A DNA stretch of 64,000 nt from Lepidodermella squamata (lineage: Eukaryota > Animalia > Gastrotricha). A program made the translations under genes and the position numbers. The stretch lies in the NCBI GenBank assembly GCA_047495785.1, contig JBLDXI010000002.1, positions 2,873,652-2,937,651 on the forward strand, read 5' to 3'. Shown piece by piece: positions 1 to 13,885 of this stretch (position 1 is its first letter; every line of letters starts with the position of its first letter). The notes beneath the pieces were generated by a model. That model saw only the letters and a program-made list of their open reading frames with translations. It did no database searches and was not told the DNA's origin.

Positions 1-559
1 CGATCTGTTTAATTCCTTTGAACTTTCCTCTAAACATTTGCTTTGTACAGAGCCTTACCTTTGCATAATAAAAGGACGAATACGGGACGTGAGTCTCTTC
101 ATTGTTGACCCAATCATCCCCGTTACACTGGTGCATCGGCCGGGAAATTTCAATTGGCAGAACAACTCGCAGCGGCAAGGGCGTTCCGTCGCCGTGGTCG
201 CAGAGGATCCCGAGGCAGCGCTCGCGGGGTCGTGGTGGCCTCCGAGGGCCAGGTGCTGCGCTACCATCGCCTCTTAGATCTTCAGGAACGAAAGACGAGG
301 CCCTAGACCGCGAGCTTCTGGGGCGGGTGCTCGCCATTGACACGTTGGATCGGCAATATCGCGACCTTTCGCCTCAACGGCCACGATCCAGTTCGCTGAA
401 ATCCGGATTTTCAACCCGACATGACTCAGCCTACGACTCAGCTTCGAACGCAACCATCCCGTCGTCTCGGGTCCACTTCGCCCCGTCGAGCATTTCGTCG
501 GCCTTAGCGGCGCCGATCAAGCTGAAGGACCTGCTCGAGAAGCAGGGGGTGAACGAGCC

Positions 560-1680
560 GTTACTCACTTTCGCACCTCGATGCCGGAGACCCTGAAGGA
601 TCTTGACCCGGAATCGACCCCGGTGGTAATCAAACAGATTCATGGGCTGCTGAATGAGAAGTGCACGGCTGCATGTAGTAGCGTTCTCGCCGCATCTCGA
701 GTGCCTTTAACCATCGACCAGTTTTTCAAGGAGCTTCAACGGCGCGATTTTTCCCGTCTACAGCCCTCGGGGAACGGCCGAAACGGGGCACCGAAAAATC
801 GGTTGTTATCTTCGACGACACGTGCGGGCGCCACATGAAGCAAACTCACCCGAAACTCCCTGAGGAAGCCGTCGACGAGTTGGCCGCCCAGCTTTTCATC
901 GATGGGCTTCGCACCGGCGAATCCCGGAACCGAACTCTTCAACGGTTCGAGGAGTTTAAGGCGGACTTTGGTTACCCGCCGCAGCTACCGGTACTGGTCA
1001 ACTGGGCCGCAGCCGTTGAACGAGCCGAGTTGCGTCTCAAACGCGCCGACGATACGAAGACATAGTCGAAGCCGACCATCAACATCGCGCCGGTAGAAGT
1101 GGCGCCCAGCGAGAATGTAATGAGGCCGCTTCGGCACAGGGGCGCAAACCAGCCTAAGCAGCGCCAGTCGCAACAAAGACGGCCGCCACACGCTCAACAA
1201 CAGTTTGCCGGATCGTTTCAGCCCTACCAGCCGGGTTCCTCACAACCGCCGCCTCCAATCTACGGGCAAAGCCAAGCCGCGCACGCCCAGCATCCGGCGA
1301 TACAGGCGTTACAGCAGCCGCCCAATTTCGCCCATCAACCTGGCATGGCCGAGGGCTACAACATGCATGCGTTCCAGGAACGACCGCCCTCGTTACGGCC
1401 CATCGTTACGCCGGAACTCTGCACCTTTCTCGGTCTATCCATACAGCCGCTGGTACACAAAGTCGTTAAGCGCACTGCCGATGGGCGTCTTGTCGATCCT
1501 CGGCACTGCCTCGCTGCCACTCGCCGTTTCCTCGGGCCGAATTCCAGTTTCGCCGCGTCTTCGTACTGTCCAATTCTAGCCACCACCTTATCTTGGGTCT
1601 GGACTGGCTTCTCCGGCACCAGGCGATCATTGACCACGTCGCCTCATGTATGTGGGCTAAACCTGTGAGTTGCCCATCAC
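560..1680 (+). mobile_element. Degenerate Ty3/gypsy-like gag-protease remnant (frameshifted)
   Basis: Overlapping broken ORFs give a gag-like segment (AAQLFIDGLR), a Q/P-rich linker, then retropepsin-like motifs VKRTADGR and, in another frame, LILGLDWLLRHQAIID (1587-1634). Confidence 0.6.
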
Positions 1681-2219
1681 CCTTACGCCGCCCGCCGGTC
1701 CTCGCTTGTCCTCCGTCTGCGTCGAAAACCTGTCCGGCCTCGATACCGGAGTACTCTCCAACGGACACATGACTGTCGCTCGAATCAGCACCAGCGCGCC
1801 GACTTCGACGGCTACCCCGGCGTGCTTGTCAATGCTGAGTGCTACCTGGGCGCCTTTCGAGCCCGACTCTTCGCCTCGCTTGTCCTCGCCGACCGGCCGC
1901 GTCACGCCTTTAGACCTGGGCTTCGTCCGCTTTGGCGCGGTCAAGGTTCGACGAGGCATGCTGCCATTCCAGTGGGCGCGTCGATTGGTCCTGTTTGCGG
2001 GCCGGCGAGCAGCTTGATAGCCGTGCGGGCCGGTCAGCCGTACATCAGCTCGTGCGGCGAGACGCCGGCCGTCTCATGAACTGCCGTCTTGTCGGCTCAG
2101 AGGGCACACAACACCTGGCGATGATATCAGCGAGGCGCGGCTATACCGACTGGTTCGGAGCATCCCTATGCCGAGGCTGTCGCAGCTTCGAAAGGCGTCA
2201 TACAGGGTTAGCAGCTCGG

Positions 2220-2591
2220 CTAGTAGTCGATCGGCTCCGCCAGATCCATGCAAACCAGCGCGAACAGGTTCATCTGCGTGTCTGATCGGTACCAAGGGCA
2301 CGGTCGTCGACTGATTCGCCGTCTTGCGGACCTTGCAGATATCACAATCTCGGCAATACCGCCGCACCGCGCTGTAGCAGCCCGGGAACCAGCAATAGTC
2401 TCGTATCCTCTCCAGCGCCTTGAACCGGCCGAGTTGACCAGACCAGGCGCGGCATGAACGAGGTGGATCACCTGCGGCACGTGGACCGCCGGAAGAATGA
2501 GACAAAGCCGAGGGAAGAGCCGGTCATCCACCGACATGTAAAACACGCCGGCTTGGTCCTTGAAGTTGGGATGAGACGCTTTCTTGGTCAA
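2220..2591 (-). mobile_element. Ty3/gypsy integrase N-terminal zinc-binding domain and start of rve core, frameshifted
   Basis: LILPAVHVPQVIHLVH / GQLGRFKALERIRDYCWFPGCYSAVRRYCRDCDICKVRK / LFALVCMDLAEP follow the H2C2 domain and the PF..V.MDL.GP pattern across two frames. Confidence 0.8.
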
Positions 2592-2799
2592 ATCTAAGCC
2601 TTGAAAACTTTCCTGGGTGCCTCAGACTAGGAACTCACTCCTAGATCAAAGTTCAACAACTGGATTCAAGCCCAAACCGCATGAAAATATTGTAGAATGA
2701 GGCACAACGGTGCACCAGTTGAAAATAGACGATAGCCGTGGCTGCTCGAGCAGGATGCCCGTCGATTGATCGCTGAAAAAGAGAGAAATGTTTTTTTGA

Positions 2800-2987
2800 G
2801 CGTCCAGTGCCACTTCCGACGGGGCCGTGGAGGCCTGGGACGAGTTCGACGCCGGAAACGAGACCAGCTTACGCCGGTTCATCCACGGAAGTGTCGTAGC
2901 GGAATCCTCGACCGCTACCAACTGGTAGTCGTTGTTGGCCTCATTGAAGTTGGCGACTACGAACGGTCCTCGGTGTCGTGACGCCAA
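2800..2987 (-). mobile_element. Ty3/gypsy integrase C-terminal GPY/F module fragment
   Basis: ASRHRGPFVVANFNEANNDYQLV resembles the R(Y/W)xGP(Y/F)xV...N.YxL module. Confidence 0.6.
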
Positions 2988-5900
2988 CTTTCATTTGCGC
3001 TCGTGCTCTTCCAGGAGAACCCCGACGGAACCTGGAAACGCTGAAATAAGGCATGGCGAGCTCTTCGTTGCTGTAATTGAGATGAAAATCGAGAATCAAA
3101 AATTATTGTCCCGAGCCCGAAGCGAATTTTTTCTGGTGTCAAGTTGAAAAAATCTGTATTCGACACAACTCTCGAAGCGATACGCCTATTTTCGAGCCGG
3201 ATACAGTCTAGAATGGTGTCAATCCTTCCAGACAAGCATCGTCGGAAATCCTGGCGTATATGGCGAGTCGTAGAAGCCGGCCTAAAATTCGTTCCCCTCA
3301 AATCCGGAAACCGTTTTGCATCCAAGACTTCAGTTACTGAGCGCGTTCCCAGCTCGGCTCATCTGCTTGCGTCAAATGTTTATATGTTCCCGTGTTTGAC
3401 GATGCATGAAACCTCCGCTTTTGTATTATATCTGTGCCTTCACTAATTTTCTTACAAGTACCTTTCCCCCGCGTTCTCATGTTAAAAACACGTTTTGTAT
3501 ATAAAATCTGCGCGATAAAACATCTGCTACTGTGTTTGAATTATAAGTGAATATGCAATATTGATTTGAACTTTGAACTATTGAGATTATTCCTGTTTCA
3601 GACGGATTATTTGGTGTTCTATCGATATATTCAATCAGAAAGATTATTCCTGGTATTATTTGAATCATGGGTTTTGCTTGAATCACGGAAAATATGTTGA
3701 AATTTCGTTTGTTGGGCGTAACAATTGTTTGTTAGCGTTCATGTTCGGAAAAATGGTTATCTCTATGATCGGCCGCGTTTTAGTTTATTTAGTTCGTATA
3801 TGTAGTTAGTTTGGGTGATGATGCGCAACTTGAATTTTACCGACTACCATGAAGAACTAGGGAATTAGCGATGATACTCGCGATTGAAAAATTGATTGAA
3901 AGCGCTTTTTGTTGGATTTTTTCTAATTCGTTTTTAGCGCTCTTTTCTTGAGTAAAACCACCCATTTTTCGCCAACACTTTTAACCGGCTGTACTTCTTC
4001 GAAGCATTTTTATTGTAGCTAGATACGGGTTTGAACCATTCGAAAAGGCGGGTGTGTAACGGCCATTTGCTTTGGCGCCCTCCGGAAGCTGAAAAATTTT
4101 CGTAAAAAAAAATAACTCATTTTCAACCAATTTTTTCGTCAGGCGTTGTATCGCCAATTTTAATGCCTTTTTTCTCTCTCCCTCTTCTGATATCTTTGTG
4201 ACGGCGATTTTTACCGATGATTATAGCTGATTGTGAAACGAGCCGTCGCCTTGTTAAACTGGAATCAAGTTAAAAGTGGTGATGCCTGTATTGAAAATTT
4301 CTTGAAAAGTTGTGTTTGCTCCTGCAAAATTTTCACTATTCGAACCTATTCGAAGGGTTCAAGGTCATTCGCAATGAGAAACTCGCAAGTTTAATTTTGG
4401 TTTCCGGTCACTTATCGAATATTTTTTATACGAAAAACTCGAATTATTCAATGTGTTATCTCGCAAATTTTCTTGATTTTTTTGTTGTGAATGTGAGCGG
4501 ATACTGTAAGTTGGGAAAATAGAAAATTTGCTATTTTGGCGGAAGTCGCTATTATTGACTCGGGAGGTTTCAAAAATCCCGCAATCGTTGAAAATATTGA
4601 CTTTTTCTCAGCTCATCCGTCTGCATAATTTAGCGCATCTCGTCGCTCAATTTTACGAAGTTTTCGTTCGCTGTTGGCTGGCGAATTTTTTTAAAAAAAA
4701 CAGCTTCCATCACTCAGTGAGAATTGTTGTCATTATTCTCCCGGTTTATTTATTCTCTGATTTATTCGATTTATTTTATTCTCATGCCATTCTATAGCCA
4801 GGATAAACTTCTTCTTCTGGCTTTTTATTGCAAGAAATCGTTCGCAGCGCCCTTCAGAATTTATTTGATGTAAAAATGAGGTTAATGAGTTTGACCTAGT
4901 GCGGTGTGAGGTTTTTTTCTGTCTGCACGTGGCACAACGACGACGCAGTGCGTTTGATAAACACGCCGGCATGCTTAGCACGCTACGCAGTGGTGTGATC
5001 AAAACGCCGCGAGGTCAATTCGATAAACAGTTGCAATTATCGCATTCTTTTGCAGTGCTGTGAAATGTGATCATTGATCTCAGTTTTAGTTATTTCTCTC
5101 CTTGATAATGTTTCAGCAGTTCATCCATCATATAGTATCTCTTGTCTCGTCTGTTTGAAATCATCCATCGACCAGGCCATCAAGGAATTCTTATCCATAA
5201 GACTCGCCGCCTGACCCATCGCATCCGCCTGGAATTTTTTTAATTATTTATCGTTGATAAATTTGCTGCTGCATGAAATTGATTATTATACAAATAACCT
5301 TTTCTTTTATAGATTTTTAAATTTCTCTCAGCGCTCGAATTGAATTCGGTCCATCCAGACTTTGCCATGCTCACCAGCTCAAACCCAATGCGATCTGAAC
5401 TGTCGAAATTCGCAATGCCAGCCACATCTAAGCACCTATCGGCAAGCTCATTTGATACTTCGTAAGTACCACTTTGTCTAGCATTTTAAAGTCTGGGAAA
5501 TAAAGTTATCGAAAAATTAATAATTCCGCCTTTTCCCTTCAATTTGAGAAACGGCTTCATTGCTGTTGCTATATTATGAAATCGTTTTCGAACCAACAGC
5601 CCGATTCTTATTCGCGTCAAGCCTCGGTTGTTATTTTGCCTTTTTACCAAATTTGTTTCCTTACAGGGCTCCAGAGCTGACCTGGATGGTTCTTTTGTTT
5701 CGTTTGCCTGGGCCGTTGTCGGAGCTTCTAAACATACAACGGCACCCTACTTGGGAAATCAGTCAAGCACACTCGCCAGCGTTCAAAATCGTGCACAAAG
5801 ACAGCCAATGGTCGATTTGCGGAGATATGCTATGAGGAGCAAGCCCACTCGGTCGAGGCGACATCCGAGTGCGATTTCCCCAAGCTGATGGCTCTTCCTT

Positions 5901-7697
5901 GGTATCGAAGCGCCTCTATTTCGTCCGCTGATGAAGATTTGTGGCGATGACCATCTCGTTTATCGTGGTCACGGTTTCGCACAGCTTTTTCAATGCTCAA
6001 CATGGATCGGCTGTAAAGCCGGCGGACTCGAATCACTACTTCGAACTTCATATCTGCTGCCCGAATGGACACGGAATCGAATACCGTGGCGAACTCGACG
6101 ATGAACGAGGTCAATAATTATTTATTTAATGAAGCTGTGGGAAATGATATTAAGGTTGGTTTATTTTCGCTTATGAACGATGAACGATGATTGGTATCGT
6201 GCGAATCAAAATTTTTCGTTCAATATTTTCCGATTTTCGCTAAATTTCATTATTTGATTGTTGCAGATCAAAATTTGATTTTTTAAAGCACTAATCTCAG
6301 AATCTGGATTACCATTTTTCGAATAACTTGACGGAATAGCAAAATCATTCGTAATTAGTAGAATATTTTTCTAATTTTCTGAATTTTCGAATTGAATAAT
6401 TTCAAAAATAAGTTGTGCGCAAAATTATCGTCACTGGTCATATTCTTGACGAATGTGGCGGAGATCTTCGTTTTCATATCGATTGTCGACGGCTTGCTCC
6501 AAGCTTGAGCTATACTGCGGCCGCGACGAAGTCTTCCGCTTTAAACTATGGTGATACGACAAGCCCATCGGCTTCTTACCCGGAGAAACGCCTGATATGA
6601 AGACAAGACAACCGAGCAAGGTTTCGATTCCGCCTTCACTTCAGCGAGTTCAGCTTCTAACACCTGCTGCGATTCATCGAGAAATGATTGACTCAGTGGC
6701 TGAGTCCTCCTCGACGCTCCAAGGCGAACCTCGACCGATCAAAATCTTCATCCGCCGCCTCAGCCCGGGCACCTCCAAGCGTCGAGTTTGTTCTTCTAGC
6801 GACGGAACAGGTTCAGGCGGAGTTCACTTAGCCTGGTACTGAACCCAGATGTCCGCTGCTTCATTTGCCGCCTGTGCAGCCACGCGGCCGAGCCTCTCGT
6901 GCGTCTCCCTCAATAATGCCACTTCTTCGTCAAGCACCCGTTGGCGGGCCATTACTATTTCAACATCCCTCCGTCAGCTATTGCCGGCTGTCTCGCCACG
7001 CGGCCGAGTTCGGTGTGCACCTCCCCCAACCTGGCAACTTCCTGGTCCAGCTCCCGCTGACGGGCCCTCGCTACCGCCACATCTCTACGATTTAGGTATG
7101 CTCCGCGGCAGTAGCTCAGAACTGCCCGGCGGGTTCTGCCGCGCCGGTCCAGAAATCGCACAGGCAGGAGGCCTCTCATACTCCTCGCTCATTATGGCCA
7201 CTTTTGTTGAGAACAAGTTTTGTTGAGTTTTTGCGAACAAGTTACCGCCTAGGCTGTAATGCTCGGAGTCGAGCTTGTACTTCCAAGCGGCGTAACAGAT
7301 TGAAACGGTTTTAACTGGGAGTAGCCTGGAACTGGGCACAAGCGTCCTCCGCAGCACGTGCCGCCTCAACAGCCACGCGGCCGAGTTCGGCGTGCATCTC
7401 CCCCAACCTGGCAACTTCCTGGTCCAGCACCCGCTGACGGGCCCTGGCTACCGCCACGTCCCTACGATTGAGGAATGCCTCGCCGCAGTAACTCAGAACT
7501 GCCCGGCGGGTTCTGCCGCGCTGGTAAAGAAATCGCACAGGCAGGAGGCGAAGGTCGGCCTCCCTCGGCCCTGGCGCTCGGCGACACATCGAGCGATGAT
7601 CGGCTCGACATCTCGCCTCTCCTCGTTAGTCGATGGTCGACCTAGTAGAATATGTACAGTAGCAATCAATTGAATGATGAATACCAGAAAAACTTAC

Positions 7698-7800
7698 GGA
7701 CCAACGGCTGGTCGTCGCCTTCGCCGTCGTGCAAGTAATTTTCCATTTAAAGGACCAACGGCTGGTCGTCGCCTTCGCCGTCGTGCAAGTAGTTTTCCAT
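7698..7800. repeat. Direct tandem duplication, 54-bp period
   Basis: ggaccaacggctggtcgtcgccttcgccgtcgtgcaagta(a/g)ttttccat occurs twice, starting at 7698 and 7752. Confidence 0.9.
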
Positions 7801-8185
7801 AACGAAAATTTAATACGAAAAATAACCAAAACGAAAAATAATAGTCCAGGAATAATATATTTATAGGAATATATATTAATTCATCAGACAAATTAATATC
7901 ATCTCATTTAATTGTATTTTTATTTTAGCCCATTCCTGTCGATTTGGCAAATTTTTTGGCAACTGCGAGAAGGACTGGTTCGACCTGCGGTTGGGCGAGC
8001 GTTCTGGGGCTTCGTGCAGCAACACGTCAGCGACTACGTTGTACCCGATGTACAACCGGGACAACGAGGCGATGGCGACTCGCCGCCTGCGAAATACGTG
8101 ATTCGGCGCAAGTTGGCCCCAATCCACCCAATCGGCCCTTCAATTATCCCAGCTCTTCCCGTCATCTTTCGGCCTGTCCAACTCG

Positions 8186-8596
8186 ATGACTGCGAGTGCG
8201 TCGCTGGCCTTGTCGAAACTGGAAAGTATCACCGAGCGGCAGAATACGGTGTATGACGACGACGACTCGCCTGGCGGTGAGTATTACGACGGCGATCGTG
8301 AGTCGGACGAACCGCAGTCGCCCTCGATCGAAGCAGTGGTCGATTCTTCGCAACAGCACCCGCTGATGGCGGAAACGAGGTCGAATGAGCAACGCCTTAA
8401 CGGGGCTGGCTCGAAAACGCCGTCTCTCGACTTGGAGTCAGCCGCCAGTTTGCCCCTGCCGTCGCCTACTGTTTCAATGCCGACAACCATGCCGACGCCG
8501 ACAAGTGGACCGCCCTTGGCAGTCGAGTGGCAGAGTCTACGCAAAACTGTCGCTTGTCGATCGTGTCGCGTCCCATTTCATGATGCTGAACGCAAG
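8186..8596 (+). pseudogene. Exon(s) of a FYVE zinc-finger protein, probably non-functional
   Basis: S/P-rich linker, then WQSLRKTVACRSCRVPFHDAERK followed by a GT donor at 8597. Degenerate copies of the expected next exon (HSCRF..GNCEK..FDLRLGER) follow tattttag acceptors at about 7929 and 10679. Confidence 0.6.
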
Positions 8597-9189
8597 GTAC
8601 GTGTTTTATCCCTGATTCGCCGTGAACTGTTATGCGAAAATTTCCATTTCGATTTTTCAAAATTATCTTTATTTTTCCTTGAAATTTTATTTGAAATTTT
8701 TTACCTCGCGATTTTATGGCCCAAGATAAAATTCGCCAAATTGCAAGTTTACCTTCGACGCGGTCACTTAATTTTTTAATTATACAAATTTGTACCCGAA
8801 ATTTTAATTCACTTAATTTAATTGGTAACATTTTCACCTATTCGAATTGAAATCCTTCTAACGTTTTGAATTTTTGCGCACGCATTTTTGTTTGAATGAG
8901 AGCACGGGCATATTTTGCTCGTCTTCAAGTACAAATTTAAGAAGGAGTTATTGGTTGAATCCCATCCGGGTTTTGTCCTAAATTAAGGCTCAGAAATAAT
9001 TATTGGGTAGTGAAGTTAGAACCAAAAATTGCAAAAGCTGTTGAAAACTCCACGTCTCGCTTCGTGGCACAACCTGATTTTTGTACCGAGTACCGATTAA
9101 TGTCTCCTAGCCATCGTGCGCGCGCCTTTTTCATGGGCGACTTCCTCGGTTAGCTATTTAACTACGCTTGCGAATTTGAGCCGGCATTC

Positions 9190-9450
9190 GATTTCCGTCT
9201 TTCCGTCGCCCGCAGTCACGTAATTCAATAAACCTGGACAGTTCCGTAAAATCTGGCGAACGGCCTTCTTCGAACCTACTTCTGCGCACACTAGGTGCAA
9301 CAAGTTGCTGCCTCGGAAGCGGGTCCTCTGGTCAGCCCCCCTCTTAAGCCATTTCGGGGCGGCTCTTGCCTCTGGCCGACAGGCCGAGCCACCATTGGTT
9401 CCCGCTTGTCGACCGCAAAAACTTGATGGTTGGGCGCCGTATTTATTGTT
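9190..9450 (-). pseudogene. Ankyrin-repeat exon fragment
   Basis: WLKRGADQRTRFRGSNLLHLVCAEVGSKKAVRQILRNCPGLLNYVTAGDGKT fits the ankyrin consensus. Confidence 0.6.
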
Positions 9451-11914
9451 CTCGCGTCTCTTGTTCGTCCCACTCGACATGATTCACATCGAACCTGGCG
9501 CATTCTTCCATCAGATCACAATAATTCTACAATAAGCGGTTCGGCAGGAGTTCATCGAGATCCGCTAGGGTAGGTCCTCGGCGCTCTGCGACGCATCGAG
9601 CAATAATAGGCTCGACGCGTTGCTTCTCCCGGCCGGTACAGGGACGCCCGTTGCGGACCCGACCTATTATGAAACAACGGGTATGAAAAAAATCGTGGTT
9701 TCTAAAGGGCAAAATTTATAAAATTTATTTAAAAAAAAGAGATCTTGGTGGAGCTTGTAGCCCGCCCTATTAAGTTTTGTGGAGAACAAGTAGCTGCGTG
9801 CAGCCACGCGGTCAAGGCTCTCATACTCCTCGCTCATTATGGCCACTTCTTTCGTTGAGAATAAGTTTTGTTGAGTTTTTTGCGAACAAGTATCCGCCGA
9901 GGCTGTAATGCTTGGAGTCGAGCTTGTTCTTCCAAGCGGCGTAACAGGTACAGACGGGTTTAGCTGGGATTAGCCTGGAACTGGGCCCAAGCGTCCTCCG
10001 CAGCATGTGCCACCGCATCGGCCACGTCACCGAGTTCGGCGTGCTCTGCCGCCAACCTGGCGACTTGCTGGTCCAGCTCCCGCTGACGGGCCCTGGCCAC
10101 CGCCACGTCCCTACGATTGAGGAATGCATCGCTTCTCCTCGTTAGTCCATGAACGTGCGACCGGGGACGGCTGAATTTTTCTGGAGTAAAAATTAAATAT
10201 ATATATATATATATTGGTGGAGCCTTATTAAGTTTTGTTGAGGTTTAGTAGCTTAGCTGCACCCGAAGCGCACAGGCTAGAGACACTCGTCGGTTGAGAT
10301 AAGCTTCGCGGCAGTAGCTCAGGACTGCCCGACGGGTTCTGCCGTGCCGGTCCAGAAAGCGCACAGGCAAGAGGCGAAGGTCGGCTTCCCTCGGCTCGAG
10401 CTCATTGAGATCCGCTAGGGTAGGGCCTCGTCGCTCTGCGACGCATTTAGCAATAATAGGCTTGACGAGTTGCTTCTCCCGGTCGGTCCAGGGAAACAAA
10501 TTAAAACAAATAAAATTGAACAGCTTGGTGGAGCTTGATGCCCGCCTTATCAGGTTTTATATGGTCCCTAAATTTCCACCACAGACTGCTTCGTTTTTTG
10601 TTTTTCGATGTTCGATTTCAAAAATTCAAATGTTAAAATTTAAGCCATATCATCTAATTATATATATTTTTATTTTAGCCCAGTCTTGTCGATTTGACAC
10701 ATTTGTTGGCGGTTGGCGCAACTGCGAGAAGGAGCGGTTCGACCTGCGGTTGGGCGAGCGCACGCACTCGTTCTAGGGCATTGTGCAGTAAGTAATACGT
10801 CAACCCGATCTCTTATCTCTCTCGCGACTTGCTCGTCTGGAGTGCATTTCAAGCGAGGCTCTGTCGACAAATCGGCAAGTCTGAAGAAGTGATTCGGCGA
10901 AAAGTAACATCTAAGTAAGATTCAAGACTTTCTTCGAGAAGTTTTCTTTTTGGTATACTGTTATTGAAAATTGAAAATGGGAAATTTTGAATTTTGAATA
11001 ATTTAAAAGCCACTTATTAATTTGTATATTTTTCATTTTAGCTCATTCGTCGATTTGGCACTCGACTCGGGAGGTGGATTTTTCGACTCGAAATGCATTT
11101 CATGGTAACTGCTGAAAGTGGCGTTTCATTCACAAATCCCGGCTAAAATTGAGAACTTGCCAAACTTTCTGGAGATAATCAAAGCGAAGCCGTCTGGGAA
11201 CGCGCCCCTTTGAAATCCGATGACTGTTCAATATTGGAATTCTCCGTTTTCTGACCGCATCCATACTGCTCAACTGCTTGGAAGAATGTGCGAACTAAAA
11301 GCCTCATTTCTCTTGGTTTTTAATGTTGTACCTAGAACAAACATTTTCGCGTTTTAAACGCCTGTGTTGGCCTACTGAATTCGCAGCAAAGATGAAATAA
11401 TATTCGAAATATTTTTGACGTGACCTCCTTCGAGAATTGTGAAGCCATGGCTCTCTTTTCTTACTGTTTTTGTAATTTCGTGTAGTTTTGGCTGTAGTTG
11501 ATGAGGGAATTTTCACTTGATAATAAAAGGCTCAATTCGAAATTATTTTTTTACTCTAAAATCGCTCAGGTGCGCGTGTCCAAAATTTATCTGAAAAATG
11601 CATTTTTAATGAAATTCTCAATTGCTGTAAAAATGACGAAAGAAATGAAGGAAGTCGTTCTCCCTCGAAATTGTTATCGAAATAACCTTCGAAAGATTGA
11701 GTGTGGTGGTATCCTCTATCCTTTATTTTGTGTGATAACGCGTTGAAAATTATTTTATTTTAAGTTCAAATCGAATCTTATTGTGCTCGCAAGACCTCGA
11801 ATGTATCCCTGTTTTCTTCTTTTTCGATGCTCGATCTTTTCGCCGTTATTTCTTGATCGCCTAGCTTGTAAACTTGCTTGTCCGTCATTTGCGTACGTAC
11901 TGTCTTAGAGTATA

Positions 11915-12386
11915 CCGTATTTTATTTTTATCGAATTTTATCGAATAATATCCTAGGATACTATTTGTTTCCGAACTCGGTGGAAATGGTGGAAAAAATC
12001 GGGCTATTATTCGAGGGGGCTTTTAATCTAGGCAGGCTATTATTCATCCTGGAACTCACATCATCACTTGAACACCTTAATCACACGACATTGATAAAAT
12101 ATGCACACATTATCTGCGTCGCTGCAGCCAAGCTTGAATTTGCTGTCGCTATCGTTTTTGTTGCCGCAGTTTTCCTGTCTTTGTCCTTTTAACATCTTTT
12201 TAAACGCTAGACGCCTTCCCCATTTTATCCATCAGCTGATCATGGGCCTATCGCTATTGTTATGTGGCTATTATTCGAGGTGGGCTATTATTAACCTCTA
12301 GACTCAATATTTCAGTGAATTTTTGGGGCTATTATTCGAGGGCGTTATTATTTGAGGTTGGATACTACTTATTCGATAAAATGCGG
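11915..12386. mobile_element. Tc1/mariner-superfamily (pogo/Tc2-like) MITE
   Basis: Termini ta|ccgtatttt...atcgaataa and ttattcgataaaatgcgg|ta with TA on both sides. Internal repeats of gggctattattcgagg. Confidence 0.7.
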
Positions 12387-13885
12387 TAGATCACGTTTGG
12401 TTGTATTTTTGGCGACGGCATGATATTCGTGCGTTTAACTTGACACTTAACTGCGGCAAAATGCAGGAATTTCTCTGTCGTTTATATCTCTATTCTGTTT
12501 AAGCTGGGAGAAAGTAAAAAACTGCCGATTTTTCCACCGTATCCTCTGGCGCCGAGCAAATGTCACCGAGAATTGAACCACGAAGAACGAATTGAGGCTA
12601 AAAATTGCGCTTCGACTGGGAAATCTGCCCGCCGAGGCACTCAATAATTGAGAATTCGGTGAATACTAACTAGGCCTGCGTGTATTGAACATTTTCTTTC
12701 GAATGATGGAAAAATATTACCAATTTTCGAAATACAATTGTATTAATAGCGAAAATCAGGTTTCATCCGAAGCCATTTTTGTATTAATTTTCTTAAATTT
12801 CGAATTTCGCATTCCCACTTCCCACATCCACCTCAAATTTAATTTTCCATGATGATATAATGATATAATTTTTTGGTTTTTTTTCGCTAAATTCCTGCTT
12901 ACAATGAGATATTTCATTGGTTCTCGAACTATTCAGCTAACCGGCCAAATTTAGGGCCTGTCAATTGCAAATTACGGTTCCATGCCCTCGGCCGTATGTA
13001 AATTAATGTAAATTTACTGGTTTGGTAAATGTAGGTTTTATGTTTTATTAACCCTTTTATTAATAATAATAATAATTCATCTTTATAATTCAAAATGTTG
13101 CTTTTGTATCTTTCATCGAAGATCGTACCTCGATTGTTGTCCTTTCGACGCATGAAGACGCAAAATCTCATAAGTAAACTGGGCCCCGTTTTCGTCAACG
13201 TAGACGCCAAATTCTTGAGATAACCGAATTAAGTAATTAGTATTGATTTATTATTTGGACTCGTGCAAAATAATTAATAATCACCTGTAGGCGGTAATCG
13301 GCGAACAATTCCAACATCAACCACAATTCTACCACCTGCTCAAAACCAAGTGATTTCCAGCATGCGGGTCGTTTTCACCGCGATAGACTGTTACTTCTCG
13401 AGCCTTGGCCAGCAAATAATTTCGCGCCTCGCGCTATCGCTCCATGTGGCAAAGATATAGCTCTACCGGTACGACTGTCGGGATTCCATTATCCGCTGGT
13501 CGCAAGTCGCAACTCTTTCCTGTTCCTAATTTGCAGAAAAATATGGTTCAAACTCCGCTGAATGTCAGAAGTTTGTTGTCAACTTAGATTCGGATCAGAT
13601 TCAATCGATCAGCAATGATATGAAGCAGCTGTTATCGAAGGAAGGAACTTCTGGGATGTTCCAGCTTTTGGATGCCGTAAGTATATGTCAGAGGAATTCG
13701 GGATTTTTTCATTATTTTCCCTTGGATTTTAGCTGTTGAAGGTGCAGGGATTTCCGAAAATCTTGTAGTGGGAGCCCATCGTTCGGACTCGTTTCCAACT
13801 CGCCCGTGCTCTGGAGAAAGAGCGCTACAACATCAGTTCAGGGAATTGCGACCCGTTCGATATCGGCGATCAGGACTCCCTTGAT

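Larger units (their letters stand above)
6850..10500 (-). repeat. Cluster of five or more partial, diverged copies of an unidentified coding-like segment
   Basis: Minus-strand peptides IIARCVAERRGPTLADL, READLRLLPVRFLDR.GRTRRAVLSYC, RRDVAVARARQRELDQEVARLGE and CYAAWK.KLDSEHYSLGG recur at about 6955-7180, 7176-7620, 9530-9640, 9820-10140 and 10245-10500. The motif ttggtggagc...taagttttg recurs at about 9745, 10214 and 10526. Confidence 0.8.

Noticed and set aside
38-277. RNase H C-terminal-like motif VHRPGNFN
   Set aside because: The following ADxLSR motif is absent, so the match is too short to support.
4900-5060. Degenerate RING finger (VLITP...ACLSNALRRRCATCRQ) on the minus strand
   Set aside because: Several ligand positions are missing and there is an in-frame stop; too weak to call.
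7698-7800. CRISPR-like repeat
   Set aside because: Only two adjacent copies, no spacers, eukaryotic context.
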